DNA of 62,507 bases, filler included, from Nitrospinae bacterium RIFCSPLOWO2_12_FULL_45_22 (GCA_001803565.1; 4 parts of 4 records of this genome joined end to end with filler, not necessarily neighbours in it); one strand, 5' to 3'; positions 51,115 to 61,536 are shown, numbered from the whole stretch's first letter. The notes: generated from the sequence alone by a model not told the origin. Program-made: numbers and translations.

Positions 51115-52977
51115 CTACTTCACCTCCACTTCAAAGGCCTGGGAGGTATCATTCCCAAAAATGTCTACTACCTTGACCATTACCGTGTATTTACCAGGTT
51201 TCTCATAGGAGTGAACATCGCTCCGAAGGGCAAGGGTCCGATCCTTTCTGGTGCGGTAGGTTACCCAGCCATTCATAAAAGTATCATTTTGAAAATCCCA
51301 ATCCACGGCCCAGTAGTCAATATAGTCTGACCATTTCCTGATCTTGGAGCGTATATCTTCTGGGATAAGGTCGGTGTTGGGAATGACAAAATCTTTAAGC
51401 TCTACGATAATCTTTCGCCCTTTTTCCTGTTTGATGTCCACTTCGAGGTAAGCCAATTCAAAGAACTGGATATCCCCTTTATCCACGGCCTGCTGTTCCA
51501 TCACTTCTCGAGGAATGTTAAGCAGAACGAGTTTTACCCCCCGGCCCTTGGCCGCATCGGTCATCAGGTCATAAAGCCCCATCTCCCATTCCCAGCCCAG
51601 AATATGGAGTTCCTTTTGTTGTATTGCGACACACTCATCCAGCGAGGCATTGATCTCGTCAATGGTTACCGGTGCATCCACTGCACCCACATGGATGACA
51701 GCCTTTCCTTTCTTCCCATGCAGGTGCTGCATCCCGGCAAGCGGTTCTGCACCGTAAAGCTTTAGAATAAATGCCAGATAATGATATATAGCGAGTTGCT
51801 GGTCGGTTTTTATCTTATCGCCGAATGTCACTCCCTGCCAGTATTTACGCTCATATTTTCCAAGATTAAGTACTTCAAAGGGTTTACAATTTTCTACACC
51901 CAAAAGCCGCTTTCGGGTTACATGGATGGCCCAGCGTGAAAGATCACACCCGATCCAACGGCGACCAAGTTTTTCCGCAACTGCAAGTGTAGTACCCGAA
52001 CCGGAAAAGATGTCGGCTACAAGATTACTTTCATAAGTGGAAGCTTTTATGATACGGTCAAGTAACTTTTCTGGTTTTTGTGTTGGAAAACCAAGCAGTT
52101 CAGTTGAAGGAATTTGTCCCCCTGTAGGAATATCCGACCACCAATCTTCAGGAACTTTCCCTTTTTTATATTCTTCAACATCTTCTTCTGGCCTTTCCCT
52201 GCCTCCATAAATACCGCCAGTTCCTTCAGTATACTGTCTTCGTTTTAAAAAACTCTCACTATATGGTATCTTAACAGCATCAAGATTCAATACCCTTTGT
52301 CCCCCTTTGGAGTAACGAAGAATTAAATCGTGTTTGTCAGGAAAATCTTGAACTTTTCTTGAGGGGCCTGTATAACACCACACAATTTCATTTCTAAAAT
52401 TTTCTCTTCCAAGAATTTCGTCAAGCATAATCTTTACGTTATGTCCCACATGATAATCCAAATGCACATAAATTGTCCCTTGTTCACTCAATAAATCTTT
52501 CATTAACACCAACCTGTAGTACATCATCTGGAGATACGAATCCAATCCTTTTCCCCATGTATCACGATAAGCCTTTTCCTCTAATATCGACTGTTTCTTA
52601 GTCACCTCCAACCCACCATCGCCGATTTCTGTCGTGAAAGAAAAATCTGTTCCTGTTGCAAATGGTGGGTCGATATAAATGAGATCGATCTTGCCTGCAA
52701 ACTTTTCTAAAAGCGAGCACATCACCAGCAGGTTGTCTCCCCAGATGAGTTTGTTCTTCCACCCTTCTTCAAAAGTATCTCCTTCTTTGGCCTCCCAAAT
52801 ATCAAAGAGTGTTTTCTGTTTGGGCTTCTTGGCTGCCTCTCTTGTGGCACGAGTTTCATTAATTGTCTCAATGACCTGAAATGGCAGGCTAACACGCTCT
52901 ACCTCTTTTCTGGTCCCATCCTCATTATATTTCCCCGGCCAAACCAGCTCGGTTTTCGTTATCTCAATCCTTGCCAT
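51115..52977 (-). CDS. mod: Type III DNA methyltransferase Mod subunit
   Basis: YIDPPF precedes FSGSGTT (beta class); FPTQKPEKLL; coupled to res. Confidence 0.92.
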   Translation of the reverse strand: MARIEITKTELVWPGKYNEDGTRKEVERVSLPFQVIETINETRATREAAKKPKQKTLFDIWEAKEGDTFEEGWKNKLIWGDNLLVMCSLLEKFAGKIDLIYIDPPFATGTDFSFTTEIGDGGLEVTKKQSILEEKAYRDTWGKGLDSYLQMMYYRLVLMKDLLSEQGTIYVHLDYHVGHNVKIMLDEILGRENFRNEIVWCYTGPSRKVQDFPDKHDLILRYSKGGQRVLNLDAVKIPYSESFLKRRQYTEGTGGIYGGRERPEEDVEEYKKGKVPEDWWSDIPTGGQIPSTELLGFPTQKPEKLLDRIIKASTYESNLVADIFSGSGTTLAVAEKLGRRWIGCDLSRWAIHVTRKRLLGVENCKPFEVLNLGKYERKYWQGVTFGDKIKTDQQLAIYHYLAFILKLYGAEPLAGMQHLHGKKGKAVIHVGAVDAPVTIDEINASLDECVAIQQKELHILGWEWEMGLYDLMTDAAKGRGVKLVLLNIPREVMEQQAVDKGDIQFFELAYLEVDIKQEKGRKIIVELKDFVIPNTDLIPEDIRSKIRKWSDYIDYWAVDWDFQNDTFMNGWVTYRTRKDRTLALRSDVHSYEKPGKYTVMVKVVDIFGNDTSQAFEVEVK

Positions 52978-53122
52978 TTAAGTCTCCTTACTTGTTTCTT
53001 CTGGTTTGCCTTCCCAAATCCCACATATCTCTTCAACTTTCGGGTCTTGTGGTTTAGTATCAACCCAGTATTTGTAGAACTTCGGGTCACGGCTCCTGGG
53101 AACAGGTCGTGCCTCGCGTATC
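52978..53122 (-). pseudogene. 3' remnant of the gene upstream of mod, cut by an IS end
   Basis: Open frame IREARPVPRSRDPKFYKYW...EETSKET-stop ends immediately before the mod ATG. Confidence 0.45.
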
Positions 53123-53208
53123 TGTCATCCCAAAATGATAATGTCCTATCTAGCCAAGATAGGAATGTCCTATTTTGATATAGAATGCCCTTTCATGAAA
53201 GGAGGGCA
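53123..53208 (+). mobile_element. IS left end (ISNCY/IS1202-like), transposase lost at contig end
   Basis: TGTCA terminus, twice-repeated AATGTCCTAT, then an AAAGGAGG RBS directly before the gap. Confidence 0.6.
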
Positions 53209-53308
53209 NNNNNNNNNNNNNNNNNNNNNNNNNNNNNNNNNNNNNNNNNNNNTTAATTAATTAANNNNNNNNNNNNNNNNNNNNNNNNNNNNNNNNNNNN
53301 NNNNNNNN
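53209..53308. other. Artificial contig linker
   Basis: N run, TTAATTAATTAA (53253-53264), N run. Confidence 0.95.
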
Positions 53309-53384
53309 GGGCCCTACGGATTCTAAAAAAGCTAGAAGCTGATTCTTTAGGGAATAGCCTGGTGGTAGCAAGGTCTAGCCAAGA
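53309..53384 (-). repeat. 76-bp exact copy of transposase sequence 61974-62049
   Basis: gggccctacggattc...ggtctagccaaga identical at both sites. Confidence 0.92.
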
Positions 53385-53624
53385 AAATGCCCTGATCCCA
53401 CCACCGGTTCCCAAACTCGGCATAATGGCTACAGTGGTATCAGGATTCGATTTCGTGAATGCTCCTCCCAGGAGATGCATGGTGCCCAGTGAAGCGCCGG
53501 TTCCTCCTAACTTAAAGGTCCCGCCGAAATCCGTTAGGGGCAGCACCATCCCAATTGATGCAATAGCTAAAAATATTGCCGTCAAAACTGTCTTTCTCTT
53601 GGGTCTGAATGGATATGGGGTCAT
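53385..53624 (-). pseudogene. N-terminal fragment of a PstS-like substrate-binding protein
   Basis: Signal-like segment, then KLGGTGASLGTM...PSLGTGGGIRA, fused to transposase sequence. Confidence 0.6.
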
Positions 53625-53744
53625 GTGGATATGAGGTCAGGTCTTGAAATATAAGTTTGCAGTTGAAATGCTGGCTTTTAATAGTGATGTTGGTAAAGTA
53701 TACGATGATGTATTCCTCCTGGTAAAAGTCAGATCCTCCGTGCA

Positions 53745-54899
53745 TTAAGGTGTATAAGAGAAAAAAGAAAGACTGGAATTCCCTATTAGTTCAGGAGAAC
53801 CTGCCTGGACAGAACCAGGCTTGGCAAGTGCACCAAAGGCTATATAATCCCCGGTAGGGATCTGGGGTAAAACGATTGTAAAAAAAAGATAACTATCCTT
53901 GATATCATCTCCATTAGAATCCACATTGGCCTCAGATGGACCGGGGAATGTATAGCTGGTGGGTAAAGTCACATTTGTAGCAAAAGAAGTAAATGTGCGT
54001 GCATCGGATATATTGCTGGACCGTAAATTCAAGGAAGAATCAAAGAAATATAGACTGCCGTCAGGCAATCCAATTCCTATAAAAGCATCTACGTTTCCCG
54101 GAGTGACTGAATCCGGATGAATAACATTCAGATATAACTCTAAGGTGTCTCCCGTGCGATAGCTTTCCCCATTGGTAGATATAAGAAGGCGGGTGGTAGC
54201 AGCAGCGGTAATAATACCATTATCAGGCCTACTATTGAACTTCTCATTACTTACAATCAGTTGAATAACATAAGTCCCATCTATGTCAGGAATAAAAGTC
54301 GGGGATGCTTCTGTCGAATTGGATAAGGCGGCATTGCTTCCTGCGGGTCTTGAAATAAATGACCAGTTGTAGGTTAATGCCTTCCCATCCGGATCCGTGC
54401 TCTGTGATCCATCCAGGGTAATAGTATTTCCGCTAAAAACTACCTGGTCGTTACCCGCATTGGCTTCAGGGAGGTTAGGAAGCTGAGCCTCAATATTTAT
54501 CTGCGCAGTGCTTCCTGATGTCCCGACAGTCATCTCACCATTTGCGGGAGAAGTAATGGTAAGTTCGTTTCCATCCAAAAAACCATGGATAATAGCGGTT
54601 TCACCTGGCTGGGCACCGCCGGGCTGGGCCGTGGATTCGTAAATCGGTATATCGATTATATACATATCAGAGCTACTCAGGCCATCCGTATCTTCCGCAG
54701 CGGGATCATAAGCAGTGCCATCCTGCTTGGTTACTGTGAATGTATAACCCGTATCCGTTGCCTGGGTCAATTGTGTGCCATCTACTGTTACAGCCCCACC
54801 TACCCTTGCTGGAAAAATGGGAACCTGGGCCGATGCAATTGAAGATACCCAAACCAAGAAAAATAGAAATAAGGCAGTCGATAATAAACTTTTTTTCAT
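53745..54899 (-). CDS. Secreted PKD/Ig-like domain protein
   Basis: Signal peptide; PEANAGNDQVV..ITLDGSQSTDPDG..LTYNWS PKD-type module. Confidence 0.85.
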   Translation of the reverse strand: MKKSLLSTALFLFFLVWVSSIASAQVPIFPARVGGAVTVDGTQLTQATDTGYTFTVTKQDGTAYDPAAEDTDGLSSSDMYIIDIPIYESTAQPGGAQPGETAIIHGFLDGNELTITSPANGEMTVGTSGSTAQINIEAQLPNLPEANAGNDQVVFSGNTITLDGSQSTDPDGKALTYNWSFISRPAGSNAALSNSTEASPTFIPDIDGTYVIQLIVSNEKFNSRPDNGIITAAATTRLLISTNGESYRTGDTLELYLNVIHPDSVTPGNVDAFIGIGLPDGSLYFFDSSLNLRSSNISDARTFTSFATNVTLPTSYTFPGPSEANVDSNGDDIKDSYLFFTIVLPQIPTGDYIAFGALAKPGSVQAGSPELIGNSSLSFFSYTP

Positions 54900-55004
54900 C
54901 GTATAATACCTCCTTAATGGTTTAGACTTCTTAGATTAAATTTTCTGAAAATATATGAAGCTACTTATTAACAAGGTTAATATTCATCCAGAATCCAAGG
55001 CAAA

Positions 55005-55092
55005 CCCTCATGGCCTTACGGCCACCACGAAGCATGAAAATAAGCGGGACAAGAATGTCCCGCCTATCGATAGGCGGGGTTTTCTAACCCCG
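55005..55092. repeat. REP/MITE-like multi-hairpin element
   Basis: gcgggacaagaatgtcccgc, cgcctatcgataggcg and gcggggttttctaaccccgc hairpins in series. Confidence 0.6.
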
Positions 55093-55181
55093 CAAAAAGA
55101 AATTTTGTTTTTATTTTCTAAGCAAAACGTAGGAGAACCCCACCCTCTCGTGCTCTCCTTTCCTGATCAGTAATCATTTAG

Positions 55182-55730
55182 CTATTTCTTCATTAAATGG
55201 AGCCCGGGAGGCATAGGAGGTGGCTCAAGTCCCCCTATTTTTTCGGGACTTCGCGGAGGTGGGACCGTTGTTGCCTGATTATTCAGGGCGATTTTCTTCC
55301 GGTCGACGGATTTATTCCCTTTTTTCTCCGCACTTGCAAATGGAGCAGGAGAGGATTGATCTTTGCTGTCGCCCGTATTTTTTTCCTCTCCAAGAATCCA
55401 TATATGAATAGAATCAAGCGCTTCATTCCTGTAATTCAATGCCATAACAAAACTTTCACCATCAAAAATATCCTTTAGGATTTGTTCAATAGGATAATCT
55501 TCGTAGGATTTACTTAAACCCCTATTGCCTGTATCACCTTGAACGACGATTTCGATGCCCGTGGCCTTCATTATCTGGCCTAAGGCTTCAGATATAGAGC
55601 AATTCTTAAAGTCGAAAGAGCTTTTCTCAGCTTCCTGGGTGCTTGCGTAAAGGATACCATTACCTACGAAAGAAAAGTAAAAAATGAAAAACAAAACAAG
55701 GCAGTTAAAGATTTTTTTGGGTCTTCTCAT
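55182..55730 (-). CDS. Exported protein with a secretin/TonB N-terminal (STN/N0)-like domain and Pro-rich tail
   Basis: N-terminal hydrophobic segment; SFDFKNCSISEALGQIMKATGIEIVV...YEDYPIEQILKDIF; ends PPPMPPG. Confidence 0.65.
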   Translation of the reverse strand: MRRPKKIFNCLVLFFIFYFSFVGNGILYASTQEAEKSSFDFKNCSISEALGQIMKATGIEIVVQGDTGNRGLSKSYEDYPIEQILKDIFDGESFVMALNYRNEALDSIHIWILGEEKNTGDSKDQSSPAPFASAEKKGNKSVDRKKIALNNQATTVPPPRSPEKIGGLEPPPMPPGLHLMKK

Positions 55731-55770
55731 AAAACCTCTATTCATCAAGTCAAAGTGGTAATCATCTTCC

Positions 55771-56823
55771 TTATGGCATGAGACCGGTTGTAAAAGCCCA
55801 ATCGTAATTGGTTTCCAATATATTACCAGCAGTATCTTCAACACCAGCAATTATTCGTGCAGTATAGCTTGTATTGGGCTTCAATTGCTCTTCCGGGACA
55901 AAAGTGGCCCTCATGATATCGGCTATATAAGAAACTTCCCCTGACACAGGATTTATCCCTTTTTCCAACAATAAGAAGGATTTCTTATTAAGACTGCCTT
56001 CCTTGATATGATTACCAAAAATAACAAATAAATATGGTTTCAGACTGACATTCGTATCCATATCATTTGGAAAGGTATTCAGAATCTTTAAAGGGCCACG
56101 AATGGCAACATTAACCATAGATCTGGTTGTATTAAAGCCATCGGTGCAGACTATGGCTAATATTGCACTCAGAGCGGGTGAAAGGGTGGTTGTATCTAAT
56201 CTCAGTTTGGGTTCTTTGAGCAGCCCTGTTACAGGTTCCCAGGTAAGGCCTTTATCCTTGCTATATTCAATGAGATAATGCAAGGTATCGCCATCAGCAT
56301 CAGAGCCTGTCCACTCCAGGTTTATTTTCCCCTTTATGGTTACTCCCTCTTTAGGTTGCTTGATGGAAACAACAGGGGCATGGGGACTTCTGGTCACACT
56401 CCAAAGAGCCGTTGGGCCTTTTTTCATGACCACTTTTTGTGTACGGTCATCAAAAGGGATTTCAAAGGCGAATTGCCGGCTGTCGATCTGTCTTTCGGAA
56501 CTATCCGCTTTAATAACGGTTAGTAATCCGGTTTTAAAGGCATACGATGCGAGTAGCGAACCCGTTGCATCCCGGATTTCTACCGTATAGGGACCGTAGT
56601 CTTCAGGTGCATCCAAACGTTCGTCTCCTCCGGTATACAGTGGAGATACACTGATATTATCTTTTTCATCGAAAAAACCCCGGATAACTATAAATTCTGC
56701 TTTATTCTTTTGAGTTAATCCCTTCATATTAGCAAATACTTCTTTGCAGAGAAGCCTATTGGACAGATGTATAACACAGCCTAAAACCATGAACAAAAAG
56801 AAAGGCGTAAGAATCCTCTTCAT
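55771..56823 (-). CDS. Exported Ig-like (Big_5-type) protein paralogous to the middle of the upstream giant protein
   Basis: VSPLY, IDSRQFAFEIPFDD, DGFNTTR and LETNYDWAFTTG are collinear with 57040-61536. Confidence 0.85.
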   Translation of the reverse strand: MKRILTPFFLFMVLGCVIHLSNRLLCKEVFANMKGLTQKNKAEFIVIRGFFDEKDNISVSPLYTGGDERLDAPEDYGPYTVEIRDATGSLLASYAFKTGLLTVIKADSSERQIDSRQFAFEIPFDDRTQKVVMKKGPTALWSVTRSPHAPVVSIKQPKEGVTIKGKINLEWTGSDADGDTLHYLIEYSKDKGLTWEPVTGLLKEPKLRLDTTTLSPALSAILAIVCTDGFNTTRSMVNVAIRGPLKILNTFPNDMDTNVSLKPYLFVIFGNHIKEGSLNKKSFLLLEKGINPVSGEVSYIADIMRATFVPEEQLKPNTSYTARIIAGVEDTAGNILETNYDWAFTTGLMP

Positions 56824-56933
56824 TTTTTTTCTCTGCACAAGTTAAAGATCGAGTCAGGAAACCCGCTCCTACCGTTGGATAGTCTTGGGTCTCCTGACCC
56901 GGCGAAACAAAGGAGACCCTTTATGTCTAAATT

Positions 56934-57013
56934 GAGATTGCTTCGCTTCCCTCGCAATGACAAAATCAGTCTCTTAATGTCATTGCAAGAAGCATGAGCG
57001 ACGAAGCAATCTC
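56934..57013. repeat. Inverted pair of REP-like units
   Basis: gagattgcttcgc...cgcaatgaca and tgtcattgc...gcgacgaagcaatctc. Confidence 0.8.
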
Positions 57014-57039
57014 AAAATGAAAATTCCTATATGTTCAAG

Positions 57040-60000
57040 CTATGGCAGTGTCCATGTGGTATCCATAATGGCATTGATCCAATATCCATAACCAGGTTCC
57101 ATACTTGTTAAATCGCTTGATCCTGGGTTATTTGGGTCATATACCTTCCACTTACCATCGACGTAAGCCCAAACGGATAAATACCTTCCAGCAATCGAGG
57201 CTAGGGCATCGCCCGGTGCTACAGAGCTCGTTGAATTTAACCCTACCAGGTTCCATCCTTTGACCAGATTAACAGACTGACTACTTATAGGAGACCCTTT
57301 AGTTGAAAAATTGGCCCCTTGCGCTAAGGCAACCCAGTAACCTTTACCAACCTCCATGGTTTGAAGGTCGCTGAATTCAGGGTTATTGGGATCATAGAAT
57401 TTCCATGACCCGTTAATATAGGTCCATACAGATTCATATTTCCCAGAGAGAGGGGCCAAAACCGTAGCAATATTTGTATCTGCAGGCTGGCTCGTTAAAG
57501 AAATTAAATACCAACCGGCATTTGCAAACTTATAGCTTTTTAGGATATTAACCCGGAAGGTATCCAAAGCTCGATTACCATCTTGATCCTTAGCCTCCAA
57601 TGTTATATCCGTATAGCCACTAAATCCCGCATTGGGATATATATCGAGATTATGGCTGGCATCTATGTTAACACCGGCCGCAGAATTGCTGTCAATTAGA
57701 GCGCTATAAGTAAGGTCTGCAACAGCAATGGTGATATGGGATGCATAATTTTCCAGATTCAGTACATCATCATTGACTGAATCGCTCGCTACAGCAATAT
57801 CCGGGATGTTAGATAGCCTTATGACTGAGTAAAAGTCATCTGCCTTATAGGGGTAGGTCTGGTGAACCGTTGCAAAGGAGTGATAGATACTGGAGTTTGA
57901 TGTGCTATAGATGTATATATTGGCTACCTCAAAAGGCCCATCAATACCATGGCTGGCAATATCAGATCCATTAAATTCCAGATCGATAAAATAGACGCCG
58001 GCTTGATAAAAGCTAGCAGTCTCGGAGGCCCATGCTATATCTTCTTTATTCTTGTCTCTCAATTGTGCATTCAGATTATAGGTACCAGTCGTTATAACTT
58101 CTACCTGTATCCTTATTACCAGCTTGTCGTATAGGCCGTCGCTATCGGTATCTGCAGCCTGGTCGTAGCTGACCCCTACTACTCGAATTCCACTGGATTG
58201 ACTGGATCCCGTGGTGAAGCTCCAGGTGTAATTAGATTCCAGGGCAAGCCCTTGGGAGTCAGCGATGGCAGTTGTTAGGGTGGCCGTATAAGTAGTATCA
58301 GCAGTAAGATTGTTAGTTGGGGTGAATAAGGCACTTTTTGTCGTACTGTTGTAACTTACGGCCCCATTAACTGCATTATTGTTCTGGTCTACCACTTTAA
58401 ACGAACTTGAATCGACTGTGCTACTGTCAATGCCATTTTCAAAAGTAGCCTGAATCAGCGCATTAATCGGGACATCTGCTGTTCCATTGGCTGGTGAGAC
58501 ATTTATGACCTGAGGGTTATGAGACGTGGTACCGGTAGTAAAAGTCCATTGATAGTTAGATTCCAACGTATTGCCACTGGTGTCATAAACACCACCTGAT
58601 ATGAGTCGTGCAGTATATGTGGTATTGGACTTTAAACTATTGGTGGGAATAAAGGAGGCCCTTAGGGTATTACTCTCATAAACAACATTACCGGCGACCT
58701 GGGATCCGCTTTCTAACAAAATAAAAGTGTTGGTATTGATGGTCTTTTCATCCATGCCGCTGATAAAATAAGCAGCTATGGTCTGCCCTTCGCTGACCCC
58801 TATGGCACCACCGAGTGGTGTTGTCGCCTTAACTTTAGCATAATTATCAATCGCTATATTGATCTCTTTTCGGGTCGTGTTAAAGCCATCATAGGCGATA
58901 AGTGCGAGCTTTTGGTTCGAACCTGTTGGCAATAATCGGGTATCCAAACTGTAAGTGGTAATGTTGACTATTTGATTTGAAACAGGAATCCAGATGGTGC
59001 CATCCGGGCTGTATTCCAGCCGGTAGTAAACTGTACCACCGTCATCAGATCCGCTCCAGGTTATATTAACAGTTCCACTAATAGTAGTTCCCTCGGTGGG
59101 ATTGGTGAAGTTGGCTGTGGGAGACGCAGAACCAAAACTCGACTTGTTTATGGTAATGGTATTGGTCGGACCTGTGATCACTAGACTCTGGGCGGTATCA
59201 TCGAAGGGGATAGTGAATGCAAACATCCGGCTATCAATGGTTGCAATGGTATCATTGGTTCTGTGGATAGTTAGATCATCTGTGTCGAAATCATAAGCGC
59301 CCAAAGAAGACCCGCTCCCATTCGCTCCCGAGAATAGTTCAGCAGTATAGCCAGTGCCACTGGGCGCCGGAACATGTCTCTGGGTTACATTATAAAGGGG
59401 CGAGACTGTTTCTACCTTACCAGTTGCATCAATATAACCCTGAACCACCATGAAATCCCCGGTGAGAGATTGAATATCTATCACCGATGCGGCGGCAAGT
59501 TGTCCCATGAGATGCCGGTAATTATCTGGCCTTATCCAGCGTAAATTGGTATCTACTCCCCATTTATTCATTAAGGGTACAACCGGCGTTTGATAAGCAC
59601 TCCCCTGGCAGTCCTGGTGATTTACCTTGTCTCTTTCCGTGTTCCCCTCTTCATAAGACTTGTTTTGCATAGAATAAACATTAAAACCTTCAATGACATT
59701 ACCATCATTATTATGCTTATCCGTGCATCCCGCGCCGGTATTAGCAGCTATGCCGTGCTCATGGCCTATCTCATGGGCAACCGTGCCCGCATTAAAATTG
59801 CTCTCGGAGAGCAATAATACATGGTTCGACCTCAACCCATTGGCACCGGGAATGCCATCGCTAGGGACCAAACCAACGATAAATCTATGGGTGGCAGGTT
59901 TCAGGGTTGCCAGCTGGTTCATAACAACCCTTATTTCTTCCAACTCAGCCCCCCCGGGAGGGCTTTTTACGAAGCGGACATTTTCATCCACACTATTCCC

Positions 60001-61536
60001 CGCAACATTATCATCATCCCACCAGGCCGAGCGTTTCGTTGTGGTATACTGCATATTGAAACCCGTAGCATCTTTTTTTATTGTCCCTTTATCGTCGTAG
60101 GAACAGCCAACAATCGGGAATACTGCCCAAGTGAAATCACACCCTCTGTTCAATTCACCCTGGGCGGAGGTCAACTGTGCGGCATTGACCCCGTTATACC
60201 AGCCAGCCATTTCGCAGGCCCAGGCATTGAATTTAAGGCTCGGGGTTTTATTCTTCACGTTAGCTGTTGCGTTTTTTTCGAATACTTTTGGTGTACCAGT
60301 TTGTGGCCTGGGTTCGATTTTTAAATTGTAATTTTCTTGGTTACTGGTGGTTCCAATGTGATTAAAGTTTGTGGTATTCTGGGCGCTTTTCTTTTCATTG
60401 GCCGAGTATTTGTCAGGACGCTTAATAGTAATATTATTCTTGGTTTGAGTGGTTCCGTTCGCATCAAGGGTCACATTGGCATTAAACTCCGTCACTTCAT
60501 CGGCATCAAATACATCATCTTTTGCGTCCCAGAGGGCATAGATTCGGTTAACGACTGTTTTTATTGGTATCAGATCTTCATTACGGCTCACATTGAACCA
60601 GGTGATTTGCATCTTATCCTTGGTAGTATTTGGCTTGTACAGGTTCGCTGTTTGGCCATCCAGATTGACCATGGTCCAGAAATACCAGGTTACAGAGGCT
60701 TCCAGTTTACCATCATCTTTATTCAGCACGCCAGTCGTGCCGGCAAGTACTCGCATTCTATAACGAATGCCATCTTTAAGAGAAGAATTAGGACTGACTC
60801 GGGCCTTTTTTGCTGAAATCATTGTTATGGTGGTATCTACCTCCACCCAATTGCCGGACTGGTCCCGATATTCAAGCTTGATGGTATCACTGTTTGCTGT
60901 AGATGCTTTAACTTCCTCGCTAAATTCAATAGTAATATTGGGACTATCCCATTTAACATTCTTTTCATCAGCCTTCGGCGTATAATCGGTTACTTGAAAT
61001 CCGACCTTTCCAGATATCTCAACATACCCTATTCCCACACACCAGCAATTTGTGCCAGGGGCATCCGTATCGATGTAAATATGATTGCTCCCTTTTATCA
61101 AATAACTGGAGAGAATATTGAAAATATTGGTGCTCCATGAATTATTTGCGCCTTGAAGTTGACCAACAAGATTATTATTCACATAGAGGTAATCTACCTC
61201 TGGCCCTCCGGTACAGCCCTGAGGGTCATTGTAATCTACATCATAGCTAGTCAATTTGATCTTTGCATCTTTGATTTTATCCGGCCCCGTCTCAATATTT
61301 AAATAGATATTATGGTCCGAGTAGCTACACCCAGAGTTCACATCCACATGCCATACACTCTCTCCAGTAGAATGAGTTCCAATAGAGAGCTCGGGCGTTT
61401 TGGAAAATGGTGGCGGTTCAACGTGGTCTATGGCATCATAGGCAAAGGCTTTTCCCCATATGCTTAAACATAAGAAAATGGCTGAGGAAACAATGATTAA
61501 TCTGCTGCTAAATCCTATTTTTTGTTTATAAGACAT
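57040..61536 (-). CDS. Large secreted zinc metalloprotease-like protein with three Big_5-type Ig domains
   Basis: Signal peptide; VAHEIGHEHG (HExxH) and a downstream PLMN; Ig domains ending WYFWT/WTFTTG/WSFTTG; twin C-terminal GW(Y/N)L...W..YDP...GYW repeats. Confidence 0.85.
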   Translation of the reverse strand: MSYKQKIGFSSRLIIVSSAIFLCLSIWGKAFAYDAIDHVEPPPFSKTPELSIGTHSTGESVWHVDVNSGCSYSDHNIYLNIETGPDKIKDAKIKLTSYDVDYNDPQGCTGGPEVDYLYVNNNLVGQLQGANNSWSTNIFNILSSYLIKGSNHIYIDTDAPGTNCWCVGIGYVEISGKVGFQVTDYTPKADEKNVKWDSPNITIEFSEEVKASTANSDTIKLEYRDQSGNWVEVDTTITMISAKKARVSPNSSLKDGIRYRMRVLAGTTGVLNKDDGKLEASVTWYFWTMVNLDGQTANLYKPNTTKDKMQITWFNVSRNEDLIPIKTVVNRIYALWDAKDDVFDADEVTEFNANVTLDANGTTQTKNNITIKRPDKYSANEKKSAQNTTNFNHIGTTSNQENYNLKIEPRPQTGTPKVFEKNATANVKNKTPSLKFNAWACEMAGWYNGVNAAQLTSAQGELNRGCDFTWAVFPIVGCSYDDKGTIKKDATGFNMQYTTTKRSAWWDDDNVAGNSVDENVRFVKSPPGGAELEEIRVVMNQLATLKPATHRFIVGLVPSDGIPGANGLRSNHVLLLSESNFNAGTVAHEIGHEHGIAANTGAGCTDKHNNDGNVIEGFNVYSMQNKSYEEGNTERDKVNHQDCQGSAYQTPVVPLMNKWGVDTNLRWIRPDNYRHLMGQLAAASVIDIQSLTGDFMVVQGYIDATGKVETVSPLYNVTQRHVPAPSGTGYTAELFSGANGSGSSLGAYDFDTDDLTIHRTNDTIATIDSRMFAFTIPFDDTAQSLVITGPTNTITINKSSFGSASPTANFTNPTEGTTISGTVNITWSGSDDGGTVYYRLEYSPDGTIWIPVSNQIVNITTYSLDTRLLPTGSNQKLALIAYDGFNTTRKEINIAIDNYAKVKATTPLGGAIGVSEGQTIAAYFISGMDEKTINTNTFILLESGSQVAGNVVYESNTLRASFIPTNSLKSNTTYTARLISGGVYDTSGNTLESNYQWTFTTGTTSHNPQVINVSPANGTADVPINALIQATFENGIDSSTVDSSSFKVVDQNNNAVNGAVSYNSTTKSALFTPTNNLTADTTYTATLTTAIADSQGLALESNYTWSFTTGSSQSSGIRVVGVSYDQAADTDSDGLYDKLVIRIQVEVITTGTYNLNAQLRDKNKEDIAWASETASFYQAGVYFIDLEFNGSDIASHGIDGPFEVANIYIYSTSNSSIYHSFATVHQTYPYKADDFYSVIRLSNIPDIAVASDSVNDDVLNLENYASHITIAVADLTYSALIDSNSAAGVNIDASHNLDIYPNAGFSGYTDITLEAKDQDGNRALDTFRVNILKSYKFANAGWYLISLTSQPADTNIATVLAPLSGKYESVWTYINGSWKFYDPNNPEFSDLQTMEVGKGYWVALAQGANFSTKGSPISSQSVNLVKGWNLVGLNSTSSVAPGDALASIAGRYLSVWAYVDGKWKVYDPNNPGSSDLTSMEPGYGYWINAIMDTTWTLP

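Noticed and set aside
51115-52977. Phase-variable mod
   Set aside because: No simple-sequence repeat tract seen in the gene.
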